Assembly: GCA_963745025.1 (NCBI GenBank)
Contig: CAVUWD010000016.1
Location: forward strand, 992,001 to 1,056,000
Length of the DNA stretch: 64,000 nt
Direction of reading: 5' to 3'
Origin: an uncultured delta proteobacterium
GTDB lineage: Bacteria; Desulfobacterota; Binatia; JACPRU01
The translations under genes were made by a program, and so were the position numbers. Under the pieces are notes generated by a model. The model did no database searches and was not told the DNA's origin. It saw only the letters and a list, made by a program, of their open reading frames with translations. This document shows positions 48,780-57,084 of this stretch, one piece after another. The first letter of the stretch is position 1; each line of letters opens with the position of its first letter.

Positions 48780-50361
48780 GATCCCGCCCGAAGTCGCCGC
48801 TCGCATCCCCGAGCGGTCGATCGACTACCCGAACGTCGAGCCGGGTCGGGACGCCCGGCGCGACGCGACGCTCGTCGCCGATGCGCTCGTCGTCGGGAGC
48901 GGCGCGGGCGGCGCCGTCGCCGCCTGCCTGCTCGCGGAGGCGGGACTCGACGTGCTGATGATCGAGGAAGGCGGGCTCCACAAGACCGAGAGCTTCTCGA
49001 CCAGCGTCCTCGAGATGATGCGCGCGCTCTATCGCGACGTCGGAGCCTCGATGATCCTCGGCAAGCCGGGCATCCTCTTCGTCGAGGGACGCTGCGCCGG
49101 CGGCTCGACGGTGATCAACGGCGGCATGTGCTGGCGCACGCCCGAGCGCATTCTCGAGCGCTGGCAGCGTGACGAGCGCCTTCCCGACATCGACCCACGG
49201 GCGATGGAGCCGGTCTTCGCAGAGGTCGAGCGCGAGCTGAATCCCGAGACGCAGCGGCCGGACACGCTCGGCGTCCACAATCGTCTCTTCGCCGAAGGAG
49301 CGCGCGCGCTCGGCTGGCATCCGCGCGAGAATCTTCGCAACATGCGCCGTTGCGCGGGGCTCAACAACTGCGCGTTCGGCTGCCCGACGGGCGCGAAGCA
49401 GAGCATGCTCGTCACCTACCTGCCACGCGCTCTGCACGCCGGCGCACGACTCGTCACCGACGCGCGCGTCGACCGGGTACTCTTCGACCGCGGGCGGGCG
49501 ACCGGGGTCCGCGGGCGGTTCCTCGGGGCCAACGCTCGCCCGACCTACCGCTTCAGCGCGCACGCGCCGACCGTGATCCTCGCCGCCGGCGCACGGCACA
49601 CGCCCGGCATCCTCAAGCGGAGCTGGCTTCGCGCGCGGCCGATCGGCCGCAACCTCACGGTCCATCCGAACGCGAAGGTCGTCGGCATCTTCGACGAGGT
49701 CGTGAACCCGTGGTGGGGTGCGCACCAGGCACACCAGATTCACGATTTCCTCGACGACGGGATTCTCATCGGTTACGCGGTGCCTCCGCCGGGCATTCTC
49801 GCCGGCGCGATGCCCGGCATCGGCGAACGCAGCGCCGAGATCATGGCGCTCTACAACCACATGTTTCCGGTCGGCTGCCTGATCGAAGACACGTCCACGG
49901 GCCGCGTGGTGCTCGGACCCGATCGCGAGCCGCAAATGCTCTACTCGCTCTCGCGCCGCGACACGGCGACGACGCACGAAGGAGTCGCGAAGATCTGCGA
50001 GCTCTTGTTCGCCGCCGGTGCCAAGCGTTGCGTTCTGCCGTTCGCCGATCTCGGGGAGATTCGCTCGCCGGACGACATCTCACGAATCCGCGCGCGGCGC
50101 CCCGATCCGCGCGGCCTCGAGCTGATGACGGTTCACATCATGGGCAGCGCGCGCATGGCGGTCGACCCGCAGCGCGGCGCCACCGATGCGTTCGGCCGCG
50201 TATTCGACGTGCCGGGACTCTGCGTCGCCGATGCGAGCCTCTTTCCGTCGCCCGTCGGCGTGAATCCGCAGGAGACGATCATGGCGCTCGTCACGCGCAA
50301 CGTTCGGCGCTGGCTTGAGACGGACCTACGGCGATCCCTCCCCTCCTCGGGGAGAGGGTGA
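48763..50361 (+). CDS. GMC-family FAD oxidoreductase
   Basis: GSGAGG, GGSTVING, C..C..GCP, HIMG, DASLFPS..GVNPQETI. Confidence 0.93.
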   Translation: MAIPAEIPPEVAARIPERSIDYPNVEPGRDARRDATLVADALVVGSGAGGAVAACLLAEAGLDVLMIEEGGLHKTESFSTSVLEMMRALYRDVGASMILGKPGILFVEGRCAGGSTVINGGMCWRTPERILERWQRDERLPDIDPRAMEPVFAEVERELNPETQRPDTLGVHNRLFAEGARALGWHPRENLRNMRRCAGLNNCAFGCPTGAKQSMLVTYLPRALHAGARLVTDARVDRVLFDRGRATGVRGRFLGANARPTYRFSAHAPTVILAAGARHTPGILKRSWLRARPIGRNLTVHPNAKVVGIFDEVVNPWWGAHQAHQIHDFLDDGILIGYAVPPPGILAGAMPGIGERSAEIMALYNHMFPVGCLIEDTSTGRVVLGPDREPQMLYSLSRRDTATTHEGVAKICELLFAAGAKRCVLPFADLGEIRSPDDISRIRARRPDPRGLELMTVHIMGSARMAVDPQRGATDAFGRVFDVPGLCVADASLFPSPVGVNPQETIMALVTRNVRRWLETDLRRSLPSSGRG

Positions 50362-50369
50362 GGGTAGGT
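50336..50369 (+). repeat. REP-like CCCTCCCC..GGGAGAGGGTGAGGG hairpin that supplies the GMC stop codon
   Basis: Short stem plus GGGTGAGGG-type tail; single copy in this window. Confidence 0.35.
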
Positions 50370-50474
50370 CCATGCCGCTCGAAGACTTCGCGCAGCTCTC
50401 GCGGTGCGAATACGACGCGATCTTCACGCGATGGATGCCGAAACGGCGTGGCTCGTCGTTCGCGCGCTCCATCT

Positions 50475-50580
50475 GACCTTTACGTGACCGACGCCTCGGT
50501 TTTCCCGACCTCCCGTCGGGTACAATCCGACGCTCACGGTCCAGGCGCTTGCCCGGCGCGCGGCGGCGCAGGTTCGCGAA
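50475..50580 (+). pseudogene. Frameshifted C-terminal remnant of a second GMC oxidoreductase
   Basis: DLYVTDASVFPTS | VGYNPTLTVQALARRAA across a +1 shift at ~50514. Confidence 0.65.
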
Positions 50581-50649
50581 GGGTATGCAGGTCCGAAGCC
50601 GGCTCGAATTCGTTTCGGCGACCCGCTAGAATCCGTCGACGCTGGAGTG

Positions 50650-51900
50650 ATGGGGAAAGCAGCGAAAGGAAAAGCGGTGCCTCGGCGTCCGCCGGTCGAG
50701 CCTTCGTGGGCGGATCCCCCGCTGTGGAGCACGTGGCTACTCGGTTTGGCGGCAGTTGCCGGGTTGATCCTCGGCTCGGTCTCAACGTGGGTCCATCACC
50801 GGATTCTGTCTTCCGGCGGCGCCTACACGAGCTTCTGCAACGTCAACGAGATCATCAACTGCGACAGCGTGGTGACGAGCCCCTACGGTTCGCTCTTCCG
50901 CGTGCCAGTATCGGTCTGGGCAATGGGCTTTTACGGAATTCTCCTCGTTTTGGCCGTCGCTGCCTCAGGCCCGCCTTCGCCGCGTCGCGATCGCGCTCGA
51001 GCAGACGCGTTCGCTTGGGCCGTTGCGGGAAGCCTCTTTTCCGCATATCTGGCCATCATCTCGGCCTTCGTGCTCAAAGCCCTTTGTCTCATCTGCGCCG
51101 GCCTCTACACGGCGAGCACCGTCGCGTTGGGCGCCGCAGGGATCCAGGCATCGCCGCTTCGAGAAGCGGCCCGAAGGCTTCTGGAGCGCTGGCGCGCGGT
51201 GCGCAGCCATCCGGCGTTGGCGACGGCGGTGGTCGGCACCGTCATCGGCGTCTTCGTCGCCTCGGGATGGCTCGGCGCGCAGACTCGGCTCACCCGCGAG
51301 CAGGTCTTCCGCTCGAACCCGCAATTCTACGACTGGTACACGGGCCAGCCGATCATCGACACTCCAATCGGCGGCGGCTATGCGCAGGGCCCCGAGAACG
51401 CGCCGATCCAGCTCGTCGAATTCTCCGACTTCGAGTGTCCTCATTGTGCGCAGGCCTACGTCACGCTGAAGGATCTGCTGCCTCGGTACCAGAATCAAAT
51501 TCGGTTCACGTACCATCACTTTCCCCTCTCCAACGATTGCAATTCCGCGATCAGCCAGAAGGGACACGAGCACGCCTGCCGCGCGGCGGTGGCGGGGGAC
51601 TGCGCGGCGCAACAAGGCCGCTTTCCACCGTACGCGAACCTGCTCTTCGCCAACCAGGGGAACCTCGACGACAAATCGCTCTCGAGCTACGCCAAGCAGG
51701 CGGGACTCGACGTCGATGCGTTCGAGAAGTGTATGAGCTCGACGGCGGCCGCGGAGCGGGTCGCCGACGACATCAAAGAAGGTCAGAAGGCGGGCGTGCG
51801 TTCGACGCCGACGTTTTTCATCAACAGCCGTAAGGTCGAAGGAAACATGACGTTCGAGAACTGGCTCTTCGCCTTCGCGGTCGAGCTCGACAAGGGCTGA
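50650..51900 (+). CDS. VKOR-DsbA/thioredoxin fusion protein
   Basis: VKOR loop Cys pair (FCNVNEIINC) and CLIC; EFSDFECPHC; STPT. Confidence 0.92.
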   Translation: MGKAAKGKAVPRRPPVEPSWADPPLWSTWLLGLAAVAGLILGSVSTWVHHRILSSGGAYTSFCNVNEIINCDSVVTSPYGSLFRVPVSVWAMGFYGILLVLAVAASGPPSPRRDRARADAFAWAVAGSLFSAYLAIISAFVLKALCLICAGLYTASTVALGAAGIQASPLREAARRLLERWRAVRSHPALATAVVGTVIGVFVASGWLGAQTRLTREQVFRSNPQFYDWYTGQPIIDTPIGGGYAQGPENAPIQLVEFSDFECPHCAQAYVTLKDLLPRYQNQIRFTYHHFPLSNDCNSAISQKGHEHACRAAVAGDCAAQQGRFPPYANLLFANQGNLDDKSLSSYAKQAGLDVDAFEKCMSSTAAAERVADDIKEGQKAGVRSTPTFFINSRKVEGNMTFENWLFAFAVELDKG

Positions 51901-51903
51901 ACG

Positions 51904-51985
51904 CGGCCATCGGCTTTCGACAGATCTCGGAGCGTCCTTGTCGATAGCGGATCGCCGACGGCTGATCGTCGGTCACGGCCGGTCG
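51904..51985. repeat. Heptamer-arm hairpin element, copy 9 (degenerate variant)
   Basis: CGGCCAT CGGCTTT CGACA...GCGTCCT TGTCG ATAGCGG ATCGCCG ACGGCTG. Confidence 0.55.
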
Positions 51986-51993
51986 CGCGTCCG

Positions 51994-52767
51994 CTACCGA
52001 CCCTTCCAAACGGGCTTGCGCTTCTCGGCGAAGGCGCGCGGCCCTTCGCGGGAATCCTCCGAGGCCCAGAGCCGCTTCTCGCCCTCGAGGTGAGTTTCCA
52101 TCGCCTCCTGGACGGAGAGGTGCAGGCTCCCCATGGCCGCCTCCTTGCTCGCTCGGACGGAGAGCGGCGAGCACTCGAGAATCTCCTTCGCCCAGCGTTC
52201 GGCCGCGGTCAGCAAGTCCTTGGCCGGGACGACCTCGTTGACGATGCCGAGCCGATGGGCCTCGGCGGCGGTAATGTGTCTGCCGGTCAGCATCATGCCC
52301 ATGGCGATCTTCAGCGGAATCTGGCGCGGCAGACGATGCACGCCGCCCGCCGCCGCCATCAACCCGACGCGGGGCTCGGGAACGCCGAAGCGGGCGTGCT
52401 CGGCAGCGATGATCAAGTCGCAGGCGAGCGCGATCTCGAAGCCTCCGCCGAGCGCGAAGCCGTTGACCGCCGCGATCAGCGGCTTGACGAGGTCGAACCG
52501 TCGCGTGATCGCTCCGAACCCGTTCTTCGGCAACGTGGGCACGCCGTGCTGCGTCGTCCACTTCAAGTCGTTGCCGGCGGAGAACGCCTTGTCGCCCGCG
52601 CCGGTCAAGATCGCGACCCACGTTTCGGAGTCCGCGGCGAAGTCGTCGAAGATCCGGTCGAGCTCCGCGTGGCAGGGCGGGTGGAGAGCGTTCATCACTT
52701 CGGGGCGGTTCAGCGTGATGAAGCCAATGCGATCGCGCTTTTCGTACTTGGTGAATTCGAGATTCAT
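51994..52767 (-). CDS. Enoyl-CoA hydratase family (CaiD-like)
   Basis: AFSAGNDLK, KPLIAAVNGFALGGGFE, PEPRVG. Confidence 0.93.
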   Translation of the reverse strand: MNLEFTKYEKRDRIGFITLNRPEVMNALHPPCHAELDRIFDDFAADSETWVAILTGAGDKAFSAGNDLKWTTQHGVPTLPKNGFGAITRRFDLVKPLIAAVNGFALGGGFEIALACDLIIAAEHARFGVPEPRVGLMAAAGGVHRLPRQIPLKIAMGMMLTGRHITAAEAHRLGIVNEVVPAKDLLTAAERWAKEILECSPLSVRASKEAAMGSLHLSVQEAMETHLEGEKRLWASEDSREGPRAFAEKRKPVWKGR

Positions 52768-52778
52768 GGGTCCTCCTC

Positions 52779-52839
52779 GGCTACCGGCTACAGGCTACAG
52801 GAAAGGATCCCGGTGAGTCATTTCCCGTAGCCGGTAGCC
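52779..52839. repeat. Heptamer-arm hairpin element, copy 10
   Basis: GGCTACC GGCTACA GGCTACA GGAAA...TTTCC CGTAGCC GGTAGCC. Confidence 0.85.
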
Positions 52840-52842
52840 TCC

Positions 52843-54009
52843 TCACAGTCCCGCATCGCGGATCAGCTTCTCTAGCACAGTCTCGGCGCGGAAGAAGCGT
52901 TCCGCCGTGGCGCGCGCGGCTTCGCACTGGCGGCGGTAGTCGCGCTCGATCATCTCGATCGCCGCGACGGCCTCGTCGAGCGTCACGAATCCGAAAATCC
53001 CCTCGCCCTGGGGATATACGCGGGAAAAGCCCGTGTCTTCGACCACCACGGGCTTGCCCATGGCCAGGTAGCAGGCGCTGCGGCAGCTGAACCAGCCGCT
53101 GTGAGTCGCCACGTAGGCCTCTTTCGCGATCGACCATTCGCCACGCGAGCGGGCGATGTAGTCGCGGTAACGCTCCATCGTCGAAGAACACTCGGCCGCA
53201 TCGACGACCCGCCATCCCTCACGGGCGATCTCGTCGCGCGGCGCAGGCCCGGAGAGAGCAAGCTCGAGCGGCATTCCCACCCGCCTCGGTAGGTTCATGA
53301 AGCGACGAAATTCGACGTCTTTCCCGCCGTAGACCTTGCCGCCGAGTGCCGGCAAGGCGGGTTTCGTCTTCCAAGACATGACGGTCGTGAAGCTCCGTGC
53401 CGACCGGTCGAACGTGAATGGCCAATCGTCGAGCGTGATCGGCTGGCGGGTGATCTTCCAGTCGACGCCGCAGCGCGGGATGATGCACGAAGGATCGTCG
53501 ATTGCCTCCGCCATCGTGAAGTAGACGTCGTGCGCGCGAAACCATCCGACGGTGCGGGCCTGGTCTTCGTCCCCGCCTTCTTCTTCGAACGAGCTCACTC
53601 CCGCCTGGGTGTAGAGGGGGTCGCTGTCGTAATACGCCGAGACTCGCGCCCCTCGGTAGGCGTCGCGGAACCAGGCGGCACCCGAGATGTTGAGGAAGAG
53701 GTCCGCTTCTCGGCAGTGCCGGGCAATCTCGGTCTCGCATAGACCGTGGACCACGCCCTTCGGGTCACGAAACGCGAACGAGGACTCCATTCCGGGAACT
53801 CGCGCGAGCACCTGGCGAAGGTAGCGCACGTTGTCGGTTGCATCCTCGGTGAAGGTCGCGAGGCGCGGGTTGTAGGCCCACTGGCCCGTATCCTCGAGAT
53901 ACGTGACCTGACAGCCGAGCGCGACGAATCCCTTGACGAACTGGAGGTAGTCCCAGGCCACGCCGCCGAGGGGATAGTTGCCGATCAGCCCGGTGACGAC
54001 GACCTTCAC
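52843..54009 (-). CDS. GT-B-like putative glycosyltransferase
   Basis: GWFSCRSACYLAMGKPVVVEDTGF; paralog of the adjacent gene; GTG overlaps the upstream stop. Confidence 0.78.
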   Translation of the reverse strand: MKVVVTGLIGNYPLGGVAWDYLQFVKGFVALGCQVTYLEDTGQWAYNPRLATFTEDATDNVRYLRQVLARVPGMESSFAFRDPKGVVHGLCETEIARHCREADLFLNISGAAWFRDAYRGARVSAYYDSDPLYTQAGVSSFEEEGGDEDQARTVGWFRAHDVYFTMAEAIDDPSCIIPRCGVDWKITRQPITLDDWPFTFDRSARSFTTVMSWKTKPALPALGGKVYGGKDVEFRRFMNLPRRVGMPLELALSGPAPRDEIAREGWRVVDAAECSSTMERYRDYIARSRGEWSIAKEAYVATHSGWFSCRSACYLAMGKPVVVEDTGFSRVYPQGEGIFGFVTLDEAVAAIEMIERDYRRQCEAARATAERFFRAETVLEKLIRDAGL

Positions 54010-55172
54010 AAGCCGGCCGCTTCTAGGATGGGGGCCAGCACACGAGATGCCTCGAAGCATTCGTGAGCGATCTCGCGAGCGGCGGCGGCATGGCCACGAC
54101 AGTCCCCCATCACCACTCGAACTGCTTCCACCGCATCCTCGAGCGAGCGCACCGCAAAGAGCCCGCGCCCGGTCGGTAGCACGTCGGCAAAGCCCGTGTC
54201 TTGCAGGACGACGGGTCTTCCGGCCGCGAGATAGCAGACGCTCCGGTCGCTGAACCAGCCGCTCCGTAGCTCGACGTTCATTCCCTTGGCGGCGGAGAAC
54301 TCTCCCTTCGAGCCCTGGATGTAGCGGCGGTACACTTCGTAATCGAGCGAGACGTCGAGCGGCGGGCGGATCTCCCAGCCGGCGGCGCGGAGGATCTTCT
54401 CGTCTTCCGGAGCCTTGCCGACGTCCATCGCCAGCTCAAAGCGCTCCCCCGTGCGTCGCGGCAGATCGAGGAACTTCGACCACTCGAGGCTCTTTCTCCA
54501 GTGGTGGCGGACGCCGCGAAACACGAGGTCCCGGGCGGTCGAGTCCCACTTGCCGACCGTCGTGAACGGCGCCGAGCCGATCGCCTTCGGGCTTTCCCAG
54601 AGTTCGCAGAGGACAGGGGGCCGCGTCGGACGCCAAGCGATGCCGCCAGTCGGGAGCGGGCAGCGCTCGGTGCCGATGTTCTCACCGAGCGTGAAGAACA
54701 AATTGTGCTCGGCGAGGAGATCGCGAATGAAGGGCGCGTCGTTGTGAAAGTTGATCTGCGTCACGCCCGGATCGATGTCGACGAAGATGCGCGCAGCCGG
54801 CCGCCGCCGACTGCCGAGGCGGTTGACACCCGCGATGTTCACGAAGGCGTCGGCGCTCTCGAAGAGCCGCTCGGTCTCGCCTTTCGGCAAGCCGTGGTAG
54901 GCATCTCGCTCGGCGTCCCAAAACACCCACCGATCCCGCAAGCCGAAACGGCCGAGAATCTCCGCCATGCGCGCCACGCCGTACTCGTAGCGTACGTCGA
55001 CCTGGCCGGCCTCTGGATCGTAGGCGTCAGGATAGAACGCCGAGTCTTCGTAAAAATAAACGTCGCAGCCGAGACGCTCGAATCCGAGCAGATAGTGCAG
55101 CGCCTGCCAGACGTAGCCGCCGATCGGAAACCGCACGAGGTAGCCGGCGACGATGACCCGCGGTCGGCTCAC
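54006..55172 (-). CDS. GT-B-like putative glycosyltransferase
   Basis: GWFSDRSVCYLAAGRPVVLQDTGF. Confidence 0.78.
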   Translation of the reverse strand: MSRPRVIVAGYLVRFPIGGYVWQALHYLLGFERLGCDVYFYEDSAFYPDAYDPEAGQVDVRYEYGVARMAEILGRFGLRDRWVFWDAERDAYHGLPKGETERLFESADAFVNIAGVNRLGSRRRPAARIFVDIDPGVTQINFHNDAPFIRDLLAEHNLFFTLGENIGTERCPLPTGGIAWRPTRPPVLCELWESPKAIGSAPFTTVGKWDSTARDLVFRGVRHHWRKSLEWSKFLDLPRRTGERFELAMDVGKAPEDEKILRAAGWEIRPPLDVSLDYEVYRRYIQGSKGEFSAAKGMNVELRSGWFSDRSVCYLAAGRPVVLQDTGFADVLPTGRGLFAVRSLEDAVEAVRVVMGDCRGHAAAAREIAHECFEASRVLAPILEAAGL

Positions 55173-55178
55173 AGGTTC

Positions 55179-55275
55179 TCAGCGCAGCACAGTCGCAACC
55201 GAAGCGTGGTTGCGTACCGCGGCCTCGTATCTCATGTCTTTGTGCAAAACAGCGAAATCCTGCCCTAACCGATCA
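55179..55275 (-). repeat. Post-stop-codon ~95 bp element, copy 3
   Basis: GGGCAG...ACAAAGACATGAGATACGAGG-N20-TCGGTTGC...GCTGA. Confidence 0.75.
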
Positions 55276-57084
55276 GTCCCCGATCCCCATGAACTCGCCG
55301 CCCTTCCCTTCTTGCAATCGCACCAGTCGAGCGAAGAACCCCTGCTCTCGGACGAGCATCTCGTAGCCGCCACGCTCGACGATGCGGCCCTCGCGGATCA
55401 CCAGAATCTGGTCGGCGTCGCGTACCGTCGAGAGTCGGTGTGCGATGATGAAGATCGTGCGCCCCTCGATCAGAGTCTTCAGGCCCGCGAGCAGCAGGGC
55501 CTCGGTCTCGGCGTCGATCGACGCGGTCGGCTCGTCGAGGATCAGGATCGGGGCATCACGAAGCAGCGCCCGTGCGATCGTCAACCGCTGCCGCTCGCCC
55601 TCCGACACGTTGGCCCCCCCTTCGCCGATGCGGGTGTCGAGCCCCTCCGGCAGCCGGTCCAGAAACGGTGTGAGCTGGGCGAGCGCCGCCGCCCGCGCAA
55701 TCTCCTCCGCGCTCGCACCCGGCTTGCCGTACGCGATGTTCTCGCGCACGGTCGCGGAAAACACGATCGGCGGCTGGAGCACCATCGCGATGTTGCGACG
55801 CAGCATCGGCAGCTGGAATTCACGCAGGTCGACGCCATCGAGCAGCACGCGGCCCGAGCGCGGATCGTAGAATCGCGGCAAGAGACTCACCAGCGTCGAC
55901 TTGCCGGCGCCGGTCGGGCCGACCAGCGCGACGGACGAGCCCGCTGGCGCCGTGAACGATACGTCGGCGAGCACCGAGCGTTTGCCATCGTAGGAAAACT
56001 CGACCTCCTCGAAGCGGATTTCACCGCGGAGCTTCGCTCGCTCGAGCACCCGTGGCCCACTAGTGACGACTTCCGGCGCCTCGAGGATCTCGAACACTCG
56101 CCAAATGCCGGCCTTCGCGCTCTGGATCGTGCTGTAGGTCTGACTGAGCGAATTGACCGGGGCGTAGAGCGCCGTGACATAGCCGAGAAAGACGAGAACG
56201 TCGCCGACGCTCATCTTCCCGTCGAGCACGCGCGTGGCTCCGATCCAAAGAACGAGAGCGGAGCCGGCAGCGATCAGGGTGCTGACGAGACCGGAGTAGA
56301 GGGTTTGCACGAGGTAGAGCCGCCGGCTCGCGGAGAGGCTTGCATAGCTCTGGTCGATGAAACGGCGGTGCTCGGCCTCCTCCTGCGTAAACGCCTGAAC
56401 GACACGGATTGCCGACAGGCCGTGCTGAAGGACCGAGTACACGCCGCTCTCGAGCTCGCGCGCCGAGATCGACTCGTCGGTGACGCGGCCGATCATGCGC
56501 TGGATGGCCAGGTAGAGAACCGGGCAGACGGCCAAGGCGACGAGCGTCAATAGCCAGTCGATGCGCACGAGCACCACGGTCATGCCGACGAGGAACATGG
56601 TGGCGCTCACGACGGGAAAGATTCCGTTCATCGTCAGCGTCTGGATCGCGTAGGTGTCCGCCGTCAGGCGGTAGAGAAGATCGCCGACCTGCCGGTTGAC
56701 GTGGAAGGAGAGCGACAGCCGCTGCAGGTGCTGGTAGAGGTCGCTGCGGAGATCGTTGACCATTCGCTGGCCGATGGTGATCGTCGTCTGGTTGTTCCAG
56801 TACGAGAGGGCGGCGAGCATCGCCTGAAGGCACACCAGGGAGAGCGCGCAGCCGACGAGCAACGCCGGCTTGCCGAGCGTCGCGTCGACGCCGAATGGCA
56901 GCAGCCGGTCGCCGAGCACGTTGTCCACGACGATCTTCAGCGGCCAGGGGCGAAGCAGATCGAATGCGCTCATCAGGGCGACCTGGCCGAGCGCGAACGC
57001 GAACGGGGCCCGGTACGGGCGCAGGTAGTGGACGAGCCGCCGCGCGAGCGGCGGCCGTGCGCGGTGAGCAGAGGATTCGCTCAT
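55273..57084 (-). CDS. ABC exporter, fused permease/ATPase (MsbA-like)
   Basis: TM domain; GPTGAGKST, VSEGERQR, ILILDEPT, IAHRL. Confidence 0.93.
   Translation of the reverse strand: MSESSAHRARPPLARRLVHYLRPYRAPFAFALGQVALMSAFDLLRPWPLKIVVDNVLGDRLLPFGVDATLGKPALLVGCALSLVCLQAMLAALSYWNNQTTITIGQRMVNDLRSDLYQHLQRLSLSFHVNRQVGDLLYRLTADTYAIQTLTMNGIFPVVSATMFLVGMTVVLVRIDWLLTLVALAVCPVLYLAIQRMIGRVTDESISARELESGVYSVLQHGLSAIRVVQAFTQEEAEHRRFIDQSYASLSASRRLYLVQTLYSGLVSTLIAAGSALVLWIGATRVLDGKMSVGDVLVFLGYVTALYAPVNSLSQTYSTIQSAKAGIWRVFEILEAPEVVTSGPRVLERAKLRGEIRFEEVEFSYDGKRSVLADVSFTAPAGSSVALVGPTGAGKSTLVSLLPRFYDPRSGRVLLDGVDLREFQLPMLRRNIAMVLQPPIVFSATVRENIAYGKPGASAEEIARAAALAQLTPFLDRLPEGLDTRIGEGGANVSEGERQRLTIARALLRDAPILILDEPTASIDAETEALLLAGLKTLIEGRTIFIIAHRLSTVRDADQILVIREGRIVERGGYEMLVREQGFFARLVRLQEGKGGEFMGIGD

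Noticed and set aside
17237-52839. Heptamer hairpins or the 62-nt repeat as a CRISPR array
   Set aside because: Dispersed or only two units, no unique spacers, no cas genes
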